Of a stretch of 64,000 nucleotides of DNA, positions 48,024 to 58,136 are shown one piece after another; position 1 is the first letter of the stretch; each line of letters opens with the position of its first letter. The DNA is taken from NCBI GenBank assembly GCA_963727725.1, contig CAVSHJ010000005.1:92246-156245 (forward strand), given 5' to 3'. The position numbers and the translations under genes were made by a program. The notes beneath the pieces were generated by a model. It had not been told where the DNA came from. It saw nothing but the letters and a program-made list of their open reading frames with translations, and did no database searches. Source of the stretch: Thermodesulfovibrionales bacterium. Its GTDB lineage: Bacteria > Nitrospirota > Thermodesulfovibrionia > Thermodesulfovibrionales > SM23-35.

Positions 48024-48719
48024 CTACCAGTCTTTATAATAAAACTTCACCAGCCTCTCGGGATTCACCCCCAGATGATAAAGACTGATCAGCACGCGGT
48101 TCCTTAATGTGCAGTAAAGAACACCCTCCCGTTCCCACCTGCGCGGAGACGTCTTCACCTTCTGCGGGATAATGCAAATCCCGGATCCTGATTTTTTTAT
48201 CCGTTCCATCAAATCGACATCTTCCATGAGCGGGATTTCCCGGAAACCCTTCATGCTCCTGAAAACATCCCTTTTTATGAATATCGCCTGGTCGCCGTAG
48301 GGAATTCCTGTAATGCGCGTGCGGACATAAACAATCTGTTCGATCAGTCTGAATATCAGCCTTTCTGATTTTATGCCGAGATCAAAAGATCCCGCGACGC
48401 ATTGCAGTTCATCCATTGTCGAGGAGATTGCACTGAAGGCATCTTCCGGAAGTTCGGTATCGGTATGCAGGAATAACAGAACATCGCCATGCGCGAGGGA
48501 TGCTCCCTTATTCATCTGCTTCCCGCGACCTTTTGGAGACACGCTTTTTACCACGTCCCCGTTCTTTATTCCCTTTATCGTCTTTCCTTCCGTATCTCCG
48601 TCAACAACAATCACTTCCAACTCAAAGCCCGAACCCAGGCGATATACATGTTCAATCGTTTGATTGACTATTAACGGTTCGTTCAATACCGGGATGATTA
48701 CAGAAAATATATAACTCAC
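48024..48719 (-). CDS. Family 2 glycosyltransferase (partner of a DUF2064 protein)
   Basis: FSVIIPVLNE N-terminus. The GTG at 48719 forms a GTGA overlap with the upstream stop. The track ORF extension to 48920 is out of context. Confidence 0.8.
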   Translation of the reverse strand: MSYIFSVIIPVLNEPLIVNQTIEHVYRLGSGFELEVIVVDGDTEGKTIKGIKNGDVVKSVSPKGRGKQMNKGASLAHGDVLLFLHTDTELPEDAFSAISSTMDELQCVAGSFDLGIKSERLIFRLIEQIVYVRTRITGIPYGDQAIFIKRDVFRSMKGFREIPLMEDVDLMERIKKSGSGICIIPQKVKTSPRRWEREGVLYCTLRNRVLISLYHLGVNPERLVKFYYKDW

Positions 48720-49399
48720 TTTTCGAAGAGACTCTTGAAATTTGCGGTCAGGAAGATCATTGTCCTCGATCCTGAAAATTCCGTATCCCTGTTTCTGTCG
48801 AATAATGCTCTGAGATCGTCGAGCCTGTCCACATCCCGCCATTTTGCCAGGACATGGACCTTGCATTTGTTTCTTCTGAATATCTCCATCGTCTCCGCAA
48901 ATACCGTTTCCGTTCCCCAATGTATTCCCTGAAATATCTCCGGCAGGAAAGTGTCTTTTTTAAAGCCTGTCAGATAATACCCTCCGTCAAAGGCCGGCCC
49001 GAAAACAGCTTCATTGCTCTTTAACCCGTCAAAGGCCTCATCTATTATCGGACCCGGCAGATCGGGGATGTCGCTTCCGATCAATAAGACTTCCGAATAT
49101 CCTTGTGAGAAGATATCGACGAAGGCATTTTTCATTCTGTCGCCCAGATCCTTTCCGGCCTGCGGCATGTAAAAAAGGTCCTTGCCGAGCCAGTCTGTCA
49201 TCTTCTCTTTTGCGTCAGGAGGATAAAAACATATCCTGAAAGTGTAGCTTCCTTTTTTCAGTGTATCCAGAAGGTCAGGGACAAAAACCTTGTAGAGGCT
49301 GCAAACGGTGTCTTCATCCAGATCTTTTGAAAGACGGGCCTTTACCTTTCCTGTCTCGGGAAGCTTTACAAAGACAAGTATGCATTTACTGGATGACAC
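48716..49399 (-). CDS. DUF2064 family protein (nucleotidyltransferase-like)
   Basis: ILVFVKLPETGKVKARL...LIGSDIPDL pattern, coupled to the GT2 gene. Confidence 0.8.
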   Translation of the reverse strand: MSSSKCILVFVKLPETGKVKARLSKDLDEDTVCSLYKVFVPDLLDTLKKGSYTFRICFYPPDAKEKMTDWLGKDLFYMPQAGKDLGDRMKNAFVDIFSQGYSEVLLIGSDIPDLPGPIIDEAFDGLKSNEAVFGPAFDGGYYLTGFKKDTFLPEIFQGIHWGTETVFAETMEIFRRNKCKVHVLAKWRDVDRLDDLRALFDRNRDTEFSGSRTMIFLTANFKSLFEK

Positions 49400-49532
49400 C
49401 GGGGTTACTCAGATTTTTCCGGTTGTTTAACCCGAAAAAAGCGGTTCATTGAAAAGACAGAAGGAGATATGGGCAGCAAAAGCCTGATGGCGGCACCTTT
49501 GTGGGCGGCGAGATTCGAATTGACTTCGCGGG

Positions 49533-50948
49533 CTATCCCCCGACCTCCAGGGCTGACTTTATGCCCTTTACCAGGACCTCATGATCTTTATCCATAATCG
49601 TCCGCGCATCTATTATTAAGGAGTCACCCTTTATTCTGGTGATGATCGGCGGGTCGTCTTTTCTCAGCCTCTCCTCAAGTTCGTTGACAGATATTTGATC
49701 GGATTTTATCGCAACTACGTAGGTCGGAAGATCCATCTCGGGAAGCGCCCCGCCGCCGGCCCTGGACGAATCCTGCATTATACGAATATCCGCATCTTTT
49801 ATTTCCGACTTCAGTCTCCTCGCTATCTTATTTGCCCGCGTCTTTATCTCTTCAGGTTTCTGCAGCAGCATCCTGAGGGTGGGAATATTTTCGACCACTT
49901 TTTCTTCATCAACGTACTCCATAAGCGTTGCCTCGAATCCGGCGAGTGTCAGCTTGTCAATCCTCAGCGCCCTTGTCATCGGGTTTTTCTGAATCCTCTC
50001 GATATATTCTTTCGCCCCCACAATCACACCGCCCTGCGGACCGCCGAGGAGCTTGTCGCCGCTGAAGGTCGTCAGATCGACCCCTGTTTTCACAATCTCT
50101 TTGACAGACGGTTCATCATATATCCCGAACTGCCTGAAGTCGATAAGACATCCGCTTCCCAGGTCGAACATGACCGTGACCTGATGCTTCCTGCCAAGCT
50201 TGGCGAGGTCTTCTATTGATACTTCATCCGTAAAACCGACGATCCTGAAATTGGATTTATGGATCTTTAAGATCATAGAGGTATTCTCGTTGATCGCCCT
50301 TTCGTAGTCATAGAGATGGGTCTTGTTCGTCGTGCCGACCTCACGCAATATCGCGCCGCTTGACGCCATGACATCAGGCATTCTGAAAGAACCTCCTATC
50401 TCGACGAGTTCCCCCCTTGAAACAATCACCTCTTTCCCTTTCGAGAGCGCATTGAGACAAAGCAGGACCGCTGCGGCATTGTTGTTCACAATCAGTGCGT
50501 CCTCCGCGCCGGTGACCTCTCTGAGAATCCGTTTTATGTGGGTATACCTCTTCCCTCTTTTACCCTTTCCGATATCGTATTCAAGGTTAGAGTAGCTTTC
50601 CGAAACCCGTCTGATATTTTCGAGCGCCCGTTCGGACAGGACCGAACGACCCAGGTTGGTATGTATGACAACTCCCGTCGCATTGATAAGCGGGATCAGG
50701 CTATAGGCAGAAAGTCTCCGGATGGTATCCTCGATATCATCCATCATAACTTCATCGGAGAGATCGGCAGAAAGACCTTCGAGGATCTCTTTTCTCCTCC
50801 TGTCGATTCCCTCCCTTATGCCCTGCAGTACATATCTTCTCGGATAGCTATCTAGCCACGCCAGACCTTGCTCACTCTTCAATATTTCATCTACGGAGGG
50901 AAGATCGGAGAGCAGTTTCTGCTTTTCGTTCATGTATTTTTCTAACAT
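49533..50948 (-). CDS. selA: L-seryl-tRNA(Sec) selenium transferase
   Basis: LLSDLPSVDEIL N-terminus and the PLP-lysine context FSGDKLLGGPQGGVIVG. Confidence 0.93.
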   Translation of the reverse strand: MLEKYMNEKQKLLSDLPSVDEILKSEQGLAWLDSYPRRYVLQGIREGIDRRRKEILEGLSADLSDEVMMDDIEDTIRRLSAYSLIPLINATGVVIHTNLGRSVLSERALENIRRVSESYSNLEYDIGKGKRGKRYTHIKRILREVTGAEDALIVNNNAAAVLLCLNALSKGKEVIVSRGELVEIGGSFRMPDVMASSGAILREVGTTNKTHLYDYERAINENTSMILKIHKSNFRIVGFTDEVSIEDLAKLGRKHQVTVMFDLGSGCLIDFRQFGIYDEPSVKEIVKTGVDLTTFSGDKLLGGPQGGVIVGAKEYIERIQKNPMTRALRIDKLTLAGFEATLMEYVDEEKVVENIPTLRMLLQKPEEIKTRANKIARRLKSEIKDADIRIMQDSSRAGGGALPEMDLPTYVVAIKSDQISVNELEERLRKDDPPIITRIKGDSLIIDARTIMDKDHEVLVKGIKSALEVGG

Positions 50949-51018
50949 AGTAATGAAAATAAGGTCAATGGATTTCTGGTGTCGCTGAAAATCCTATATA
51001 TGTTAAACTAATTATGCC

Positions 51019-52419
51019 ATGTTTCACGACATCCACGAAGAATGTGGTATCTTTGGCATCTTCGGACACCCTGAGGCAGCGAATCTCACCTATCTCGGGC
51101 TTTATGCACTTCAGCACAGGGGACAGGAAGGCGCGGGCATATGCTCATCCGACGGGAGACAGCTCTTTATCGAAAAATCCATGGGTCTTGTTGCCGACAT
51201 CTTCAGTGAAAAAAGACTGAGAAGACTTCCGGGCTATATGGCGATTGGCCACAACAGATATTCCACAGCGGGTAGCAGCGTCCTCAAGAATGTTCAGCCT
51301 ATCGTTGCAAACTTTGCCCTCGGGACACTCGCCATCGCACACAACGGAAATCTTGTCAGTGCAGGAGATCTCAGGGCCGTACTCGAAGAAGAAGGTGCGA
51401 TATTTCAGTCTTCCTCGGACAGCGAGGTCATAGTCCATCTCATCGCTCATTCAAAGGGAAACGAGTTTTATGAAAGAGTGGCTCATGCCGTTTCACAGAT
51501 AAGCGGTTCCTTCAGTCTGCTTATACTGAGAGAAAAGGAACTCATCGCGATCCGGGATCCTTATGGCGTAAGACCGCTCAGTCTCGGCATGAAAGACGGA
51601 GCATATGTGATCGCATCGGAGACGTGCGCCTTTGACCTCATAGGGGCGACGTATATCCGTGATATAGAGCCGGGGGAGGTACTCATAATCAATGAACAGG
51701 GCCTCGAATCTCTGAAAATATTTAACAGTCACCGGAAGGCCTTCTGCGTATTCGAATTCATCTATTTTTCGAGACCTGACAGCAACATCTTTGGCGGGCT
51801 GAATGTGAATGAAATGAGAAAGGAATTCGGAAGGCAGCTTGCAAGAGAGTCGTCCACGGATGCTGACCTCGTGATACCCGTCCCTGATTCGGGGGTTCCC
51901 GCGGCAATCGGTTTTTCAGAAGAGAGTAAAATACCCTTCGATTTCGGCCTCATAAGAAACCATTATGTGGGAAGGACGTTCATCGAACCGAAGAACAGCA
52001 TAAGACATTTCGGCGTGAAGATAAAACTCAATCCCGTGAGAAAACTACTTGAAGGCAAGCGTCTTATTGTGATCGATGACTCGATAGTCAGGGGTACGAC
52101 GAGCAAGAAGATAGTCAAGATGCTGCGGGAAGGAGGAGGTGCAAAAGAGGTACATCTGAAGATAAGTTCTCCGCCGACCATCGGCCCCTGCTTCTACGGC
52201 ATCGATACACCCACCCGAAGTGAGCTCATAGCCTCCACCCATCTCCTCGATGAGATCAGGAAGTACGTAACCGCAGATTCTCTCTCCTATCTGAGCCTTG
52301 AAGGACTCAGGAAGATAGTTCCCCAGTCTCATAACTATTGTACCGCCTGTTTTGACTGTGATTATCCCATCAGCTTTCCCGGCGAACATCTCAAACAGAT
52401 GGAATTTTTGTTCAGGTAA
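51019..52419 (+). CDS. purF: Amidophosphoribosyltransferase
   Basis: CGIFGIFG Ntn-cysteine, YALQHRGQE, and a PRTase domain [11 protein letters not shown]. Confidence 0.95.
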   Translation: MFHDIHEECGIFGIFGHPEAANLTYLGLYALQHRGQEGAGICSSDGRQLFIEKSMGLVADIFSEKRLRRLPGYMAIGHNRYSTAGSSVLKNVQPIVANFALGTLAIAHNGNLVSAGDLRAVLEEEGAIFQSSSDSEVIVHLIAHSKGNEFYERVAHAVSQISGSFSLLILREKELIAIRDPYGVRPLSLGMKDGAYVIASETCAFDLIGATYIRDIEPGEVLIINEQGLESLKIFNSHRKAFCVFEFIYFSRPDSNIFGGLNVNEMRKEFGRQLARESSTDADLVIPVPDSGVPAAIGFSEESKIPFDFGLIRNHYVGRTFIEPKNSIRHFGVKIKLNPVRKLLEGKRLIVIDDSIVRGTTSKKIVKMLREGGGAKEVHLKISSPPTIGPCFYGIDTPTRSELIASTHLLDEIRKYVTADSLSYLSLEGLRKIVPQSHNYCTACFDCDYPISFPGEHLKQMEFLFR

Positions 52420-52432
52420 AGTCAAAAGCTTG

Positions 52433-53560
52433 ATGACCTCCGTATTAAGGGACATTTTCAGGGTTAACCTCGGAGTCAGGAAACATGAAAAGGTCCTGAT
52501 CTTTAACGACACAATTTCCAAAAAAGAAGATGTCAGGGAATCGGATGAGGAAAGAAGGGCAAAGCTGCGGTGCCTCGCTCTGCTTGCCGCGGAGATAGGC
52601 AAGGGTTTTTGCAAATCGATTACCTGCTTTGAATATCCGGCTACGGGGAGTCACGGCGCTGAACCGCCTGCATCTCTCTGGGGACTCGCATTCGGAGAAA
52701 AAGCGGTAGGAATGCTCGAGAAAGAGCGGCTCCTCCGTCCCATCCTCAGAAAAACAGCAAAAGATCCAGCCATCAAAAAAGCGGAAGATATCATTAAAAA
52801 ATACAAGCATCAAGCGGTTGACTGTGTTATTGCGCTTTCAAATTATTCCACGAGCCATACCAGGTTCAGAGATTTCCTCACGCGGATTTGCGGCTGCAGA
52901 TATGCAAGTATGCCCCTCTTCGATATCTCAATGCTTGAGGGCTCTATGAACGTGGACTGGAAGGCACTTGCGAAAATGACAACGGACCTGGCAAAGCTGG
53001 TAAACACAGCGGAACGTATGGATATCAAAGCCCCGAACGGCACTTCTCTTTCCTTCTCAAAAAAGACGAGAAAGGCGCTGGCTGATACAGGAATCCTTAC
53101 CGGCAAAGGCTCTTTCGGCAATCTCCCGGCCGGCGAGGTATACCTCGCTCCCCTTGAAGGGACAGCCGGGGGAAAACTCGTGCTGGAGTGGGGTCCTACG
53201 AAGCAGCTTGAATCTCCGGTTACACTCACTGTCAAAGATGGTTATGTGGTTGATATCTCGGGCAGGGATGAGTATGCGGGATACATCCGTAAGAAACTTG
53301 CCGAGAGGAGAGAGAACGGGAATATTGCAGAACTCGGGATAGGCACAAACAGAGCGGCAAAAAGACCGGATAATATCCTCGAATCGGAAAAGATTCTCGG
53401 GACTATCCATATAGCTCTCGGCGATAACAGTTCATTTGGCGGAAATGTCAAGACACCCTTCCACCAGGACTTTGTATTCTTCAGGCCGACCGTTACGTTG
53501 ATAAGCAAAAACGGCGGCAAGAAGGATATTCTAAAGGCCGGTAAATTAATTATAAAATAG
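52433..53560 (+). CDS. Aminopeptidase (M29/AmpS-like)
   Basis: PAGEVYLAPLEG...ELGIGTN...HIALG pattern. The ATG at 52433 follows the purF stop. Confidence 0.65.
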   Translation: MTSVLRDIFRVNLGVRKHEKVLIFNDTISKKEDVRESDEERRAKLRCLALLAAEIGKGFCKSITCFEYPATGSHGAEPPASLWGLAFGEKAVGMLEKERLLRPILRKTAKDPAIKKAEDIIKKYKHQAVDCVIALSNYSTSHTRFRDFLTRICGCRYASMPLFDISMLEGSMNVDWKALAKMTTDLAKLVNTAERMDIKAPNGTSLSFSKKTRKALADTGILTGKGSFGNLPAGEVYLAPLEGTAGGKLVLEWGPTKQLESPVTLTVKDGYVVDISGRDEYAGYIRKKLAERRENGNIAELGIGTNRAAKRPDNILESEKILGTIHIALGDNSSFGGNVKTPFHQDFVFFRPTVTLISKNGGKKDILKAGKLIIK

Positions 53561-53640
53561 GCAGCCGCATATTTTAGTTTGCAATTATATGATCTTATTA
53601 ACGGTCTTATAATAGTCTGTTCATTTTCGTCGTCATTCCC

Positions 53641-53713
53641 GCGAAGGCGGGAATCCAATTTAACCGAAAATGGATGCCCGACTGAGAACTTCGGGCATGA
53701 CGGATAAAGGGAG
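53641..53713. repeat. Third gene-less head-to-head repeat pair (15-nt spacer)
   Basis: CGTCATTCCCGCGAAGGCGGGAATCC, then aatttaaccgaaaat, then GGATGCCCGActgagaactTCGGGCATGACGG. Confidence 0.75.
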
Positions 53714-53804
53714 AGGATCCGCAAATACTATTATGAATCTGTTAATATGTTCCACACAGGCTAACGCCTGCGGCTAAAAAATATTTGAACATGTTTATAT
53801 TGAT

Positions 53805-55682
53805 ATGCGCTACATAATACTCGGGACCGCAGGACATATCGACCACGGCAAGAGCGCTCTTGTGAAGGCGCTGACAGGCGTAGACCCTGACAGGCTCAAG
53901 GAAGAGAAAGAGCGCGGCATCACCATTGACCTCGGTTTTGCAGACCTTGCCTACCCTGACGGACTCACCGTAGGGATAGTAGACGTCCCCGGCCACGAAA
54001 GACTCGTGAAGAACATGCTCGCGGGCGCAGGCGGCATAGACCTCGTGCTTCTCGTCATCGCGGCTGATGAGGGGATCATGCCGCAGAGCCGTGAACACCT
54101 TCATATCTGTAACCTCCTCAAGATTAAGGCCGGTCTGATTGCTATCACAAAGGTGGACCTCGTGGAGCAGGACTGGATGGAGCTTGTTGAAGACGAGGTG
54201 AAAGGCTTTGTGAAAGGCACCTTCCTTGAAGGGGCGCCGATTGTGCCTGTCTCATCAAAGACCATGTTCAACATCGATTCCCTGAAAGACAAGATCAGGG
54301 AAGAGGCATTGAAGGTGGAACCGAAACCGACAAAGGGTCTTTTCAGGCTTCCCATAGACAGGGTTTTCACACTGAAGGGTTTCGGAACTGTTGTCACGGG
54401 AACGGCCATTTCCGGAAGCATGTCGGTCGATCAGGACGTGGAGATATTGCCGAGCAACATAAGAAGCAAAGTGAGGGGACTGCAAAGCCACGGCAAACCC
54501 ATCCGGACAGCGTACGCAGGCCAGAGGGTGGCGATAAACCTTCAGGGAGTCGATAAGGAAGAATTAAACAGGGGAGACTCGGTTATGGTGCCCGGCAGAC
54601 TTTTCCCGACAAGAAAGATCGATGCAAAGGTTGAACTCCTTCCCGACGCGCCGCTCATGAAAACCAAGAATCTCATCCACTTCCATCTCGGCACATCCGA
54701 GTCCGTAGCAAGGATCATATTATACGGCAGAAATGAATTGAAAGCCGGTGAAAGCTGTTACTGCCAGTTCAGACTTCATGAGCCGGTTATTGCAATGTCG
54801 GGAGACCGGTATATCATCAGGAGGTTTTCTCCTCTGGAGACCATCGGCGGAGGAGAAGTCCTTGACCCGTTGTCGTTCAGAAGGAGTCGCAAGGAAGGCA
54901 CGGAAGACCTCGTCGTATTCGAAACGGGGACCCTCTCTGAAAAGATCTCCGCAAAGGTGAAGAGGTCAGGTATACACGGCCTCGGGGTGTCTGCGATCGA
55001 GGGCTGGATTAAGGCGGAGATACCGACCATCAGGAATTCTATAAAAGATTCCATAGGAAAGGGCGTCCTCATGCAGTTCGAAGACACCCTTGTTCACACC
55101 GATGCCTTCAATTCCTTCAGAGATACCGTGAAAAAGACATTAAATGATTTTCATAAGAAGAATCCCCTGAAACCGGGTATGCTCAAAGAAGAACTGAGGG
55201 CCGCCTTCGATATCGAACCGCGTCTTTTCGGTAATCTGATAACCTCACTGAAGGACATTGCCATCGAGAAAGAGCTTGTCCGCCTATCCACATTTAGAGC
55301 GGCTCTCTCACAGGTGGACGAGACTGTAAAGACAAGGGTTCTCGGACTGCTTGAAAAAGGAGGTTTCCAGCCACCCTCCGCTGAAGAGCTTTCCCAGTCT
55401 CTGAAAATGGACCAGAAACATCTGTCGGATATTCTGAAACTTATGACTAAAGAAGGCGCTCTTGTAAGGATCAGCGAATCAATGCATATCACATCCTCCA
55501 CGTACGAGGATATGATCGGGAATTTGAAGACTTTTTTCGCAAAGAAACCGGAGATGACCGTTGCGGAGTTCAGGGACATCCTGAACACAACAAGAAAATA
55601 TGCCCTTCCTTTCCTTGAATACCTTGACACACACAAGGTCACACTAAGGGTCGGTGATATAAGAAAGTTACTGCTTAAATAG
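53805..55682 (+). CDS. selB: Selenocysteine-specific elongation factor
   Basis: [16 protein letters not shown]...[10 protein letters not shown]-domain and long winged-helix C-terminal domains. 625 aa. Confidence 0.94.
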   Translation: MRYIILGTAGHIDHGKSALVKALTGVDPDRLKEEKERGITIDLGFADLAYPDGLTVGIVDVPGHERLVKNMLAGAGGIDLVLLVIAADEGIMPQSREHLHICNLLKIKAGLIAITKVDLVEQDWMELVEDEVKGFVKGTFLEGAPIVPVSSKTMFNIDSLKDKIREEALKVEPKPTKGLFRLPIDRVFTLKGFGTVVTGTAISGSMSVDQDVEILPSNIRSKVRGLQSHGKPIRTAYAGQRVAINLQGVDKEELNRGDSVMVPGRLFPTRKIDAKVELLPDAPLMKTKNLIHFHLGTSESVARIILYGRNELKAGESCYCQFRLHEPVIAMSGDRYIIRRFSPLETIGGGEVLDPLSFRRSRKEGTEDLVVFETGTLSEKISAKVKRSGIHGLGVSAIEGWIKAEIPTIRNSIKDSIGKGVLMQFEDTLVHTDAFNSFRDTVKKTLNDFHKKNPLKPGMLKEELRAAFDIEPRLFGNLITSLKDIAIEKELVRLSTFRAALSQVDETVKTRVLGLLEKGGFQPPSAEELSQSLKMDQKHLSDILKLMTKEGALVRISESMHITSSTYEDMIGNLKTFFAKKPEMTVAEFRDILNTTRKYALPFLEYLDTHKVTLRVGDIRKLLLK

Positions 55683-55683
55683 A

Positions 55684-56157
55684 TTAGCCGATACGCTTAA
55701 GTGTGCAGACTGCGTATGCTGCTATGCCCTCGCCCCTTCCGATAAACCCCATGCCTTCATTTGTTTTCGCTTTGATGTTGATTACTTCGGAAGGTATACC
55801 GGCCTCCGATAGCGCATTTTTCATGGCTTCAATGTAAGGGAAAAGTTTGGGGTTCTCCGCTATTATGCTTGAATCTATCCACGAGACCTCATATCCGTTC
55901 TTGCGGGCAAGCCCGAGCACAAGTTTGAGGAGCCTGATGCCCGAGGCGTCTTTCCACTCCGGATCCGTATCGGGGAAATGCCGCCCGATATCTCCCAGGC
56001 CGAGAGCACCGATGATAGAATCTATAATCGCGTGACATAAGACATCGGCATCGGAGTGACCGTAAAGACCCTTCCCGAAAGGGATGGTAATACCCCCGAT
56101 GATGAGCTTCCTGCCCTTAACAAGCCTGTGAGAGTCATAGCCAAAACCTGTCCGCAT
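55684..56157 (-). CDS. ispF: 2-C-methyl-D-erythritol 2,4-cyclodiphosphate synthase
   Basis: GFGYDSHRL and GHSDADVLCHA. Confidence 0.95.
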   Translation of the reverse strand: MRTGFGYDSHRLVKGRKLIIGGITIPFGKGLYGHSDADVLCHAIIDSIIGALGLGDIGRHFPDTDPEWKDASGIRLLKLVLGLARKNGYEVSWIDSSIIAENPKLFPYIEAMKNALSEAGIPSEVINIKAKTNEGMGFIGRGEGIAAYAVCTLKRIG

Positions 56158-56161
56158 AGGT

Positions 56162-56923
56162 CTAATTCTTATCCTTCACTCTTCCGGCAATTGCTCTATT
56201 GAGAAGAAACTCTGCGATTTCCAGATCTTCAGGTGTCGTAATCTTGATGTTTCTGTACGAGCCTGCAACGACCTTTACCTTCCCGCCGTATCGCTCAAGG
56301 AGGGCCGAATCGTCCGTCGAATAGAAATTTTCTTTCGCCGCTTTCTCATATGCATCTAAAATCTTCCCGAGGGGGAAAATCTGGGGTGTCTGAATGGCCC
56401 ACAGGGATTCTCTTTTCAGTGTCTTTTTTATAAAACCAGCCTCCAGCTCCTTGATAGTGTCCTTCACGGGCACACCCAGGACAACACCGTCAAAACTCTC
56501 ACCCTCCTTCACTGAAGTTCCATGAGACGCGTGCAGCTCCATTATGGCCTTTTCGATCAACACCTTATCAATGAGTGGTCTCACCCCATCGTGTATAAGC
56601 ACGATGCTTTTCTTATCGTCTACCAACCTGAGGCCGTTATATACAGAATCCTGCCTCTCCTTCCCGCCCGGTGCTATCATCTTCACCTTCCTGAGTCCGT
56701 ACTCCTCAAAAACTCTCTGTCCGTATTCCATGTCTTCCTTCATGAGTACAGGTATTGTCTCTTCTATTTCATGGACGGACTCCAGTGCTTCAAGGGACCA
56801 GACGATAAGCGGTTTTCCGGAGAGGTTTTGAAAGGGCTTTTTGGTTCCCGGACCGAACCTCTTTCCCATCCCGGCAGCCGGGACGATTGCAATAACCTTC
56901 GTGTGTCTATGAATTTCCTTCAC
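56162..56923 (-). CDS. ispD: 2-C-methyl-D-erythritol 4-phosphate cytidylyltransferase
   Basis: AIVPAAGMGKRFG. Confidence 0.93.
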   Translation of the reverse strand: MKEIHRHTKVIAIVPAAGMGKRFGPGTKKPFQNLSGKPLIVWSLEALESVHEIEETIPVLMKEDMEYGQRVFEEYGLRKVKMIAPGGKERQDSVYNGLRLVDDKKSIVLIHDGVRPLIDKVLIEKAIMELHASHGTSVKEGESFDGVVLGVPVKDTIKELEAGFIKKTLKRESLWAIQTPQIFPLGKILDAYEKAAKENFYSTDDSALLERYGGKVKVVAGSYRNIKITTPEDLEIAEFLLNRAIAGRVKDKN

Positions 56924-57030
56924 TGTGTACTTTTCTTTTCATCAGGAGATAAATAAGCAGGCAGGATATAGCATTCAACCTGGAATAAGCAAGGATGCCA
57001 TGTCCTGCCTGCAAAACATAAGTTTATAAA

Positions 57031-58044
57031 TTACTTTGCTACCTTGAACTCCTCTCTTTCGTAATCCTCTTTCAGCTTCGAGAAAATCATCCTTCCCGCG
57101 GTCGTCTGCAAAACACTTGTTACGGTAACATCGGTGTTCTTGCCTATAAGCCTTCTCGCGTTCTCCACAACGACCATCGTCCCGTCGTCGAGGTAAGCAA
57201 CTCCCTGATTATATTCCTTTCCTTCCTTAAGGATAAAGACCTTCATTGTCTCTCCGGGAAGCACAACCGGTTTCAGAGAATTGGCCAGCTCATTTATATT
57301 AAGGACCGATACCCCCTGAAGCTCTGCCACCTTATTCAGATTGAAGTCATTCGTTATGACTTTCGCACTCATGAGCTTCGCCAGAGCAACAAGCTTTGCG
57401 TCAACCTCTTTAATCTTTGGGAAATCCTCATCCACTATCCTGACTGTTATGCGGGACATCTTCTGGATCTTATGGAGGATATCAAGACCCCGTCTCCCCC
57501 TCGCCCGTTTCATTGAGTCAGGAGCGTCCGCGATATGCTGCAGCTCCTGGAGAATAAACTGTGGAAGTAAAAAGACTCCTTCGAGAAATCCTGTTTCGCA
57601 GACATCGGCGATACGCCCGTCTATGATTACGCTTGTATCGAGAATTTTGAGGTTCTCTTCTACACCCTCTCCCCTGAAAAGCCTGAATATGCTGGCAACG
57701 GATATTGCCTTGCCTCTGTCCAGGCCGATGAGGAGACCTCCGTATCCGAATACCGCCATTAACCCGAAAGATACCGTTTTTATCCCCTCACCGATAAAGA
57801 GTCTTAAAGGCAGTATAAGAAAATACGCAAATAAAAGCCCGCAAGAAATGCCCAGCAGGCCCCCGATGATCACCCCGAGTTCAACCTTCTTGAATTTTAT
57901 TTCTGAACCTATGATAACCAGACCCGAAACCCCTCCTACCAGGAGACCATAAATTACGTTGTTATATTGGGTCCCGATAAGATACCCTGCGAATACGAAG
58001 AGCAAAAAAACCAAGAACCTGAGAACGAGAAACATTCCTATCAC
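57031..58044 (-). CDS. yacL: Membrane-anchored PIN + TRAM domain protein (YacL-like)
   Basis: N-terminal TM helices, a PIN domain (ILDTSVIIDGRI) and a C-terminal TRAM domain. yacL-ispD-ispF order, as in Firmicutes. Confidence 0.85.
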   Translation of the reverse strand: MIGMFLVLRFLVFLLFVFAGYLIGTQYNNVIYGLLVGGVSGLVIIGSEIKFKKVELGVIIGGLLGISCGLLFAYFLILPLRLFIGEGIKTVSFGLMAVFGYGGLLIGLDRGKAISVASIFRLFRGEGVEENLKILDTSVIIDGRIADVCETGFLEGVFLLPQFILQELQHIADAPDSMKRARGRRGLDILHKIQKMSRITVRIVDEDFPKIKEVDAKLVALAKLMSAKVITNDFNLNKVAELQGVSVLNINELANSLKPVVLPGETMKVFILKEGKEYNQGVAYLDDGTMVVVENARRLIGKNTDVTVTSVLQTTAGRMIFSKLKEDYEREEFKVAK

Positions 58045-58136
58045 CTCCCTTCTCTAGAAAATTATCGGCACCGAGGCGAAGCAAAATGAAAGCTTAAGAT
58101 ACGGAAGCGTCTCTGAATTCTTCACGCCGGACGCTT

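Noticed and set aside
53242-53724. A 160-aa minus-strand ORF here and a 71-aa ORF at 43730-43945, both containing DSRLRGND-type sequence.
   Set aside because: These peptides are translations of the hairpin repeat units and overlap real genes or intergenic repeats. They are not coding.
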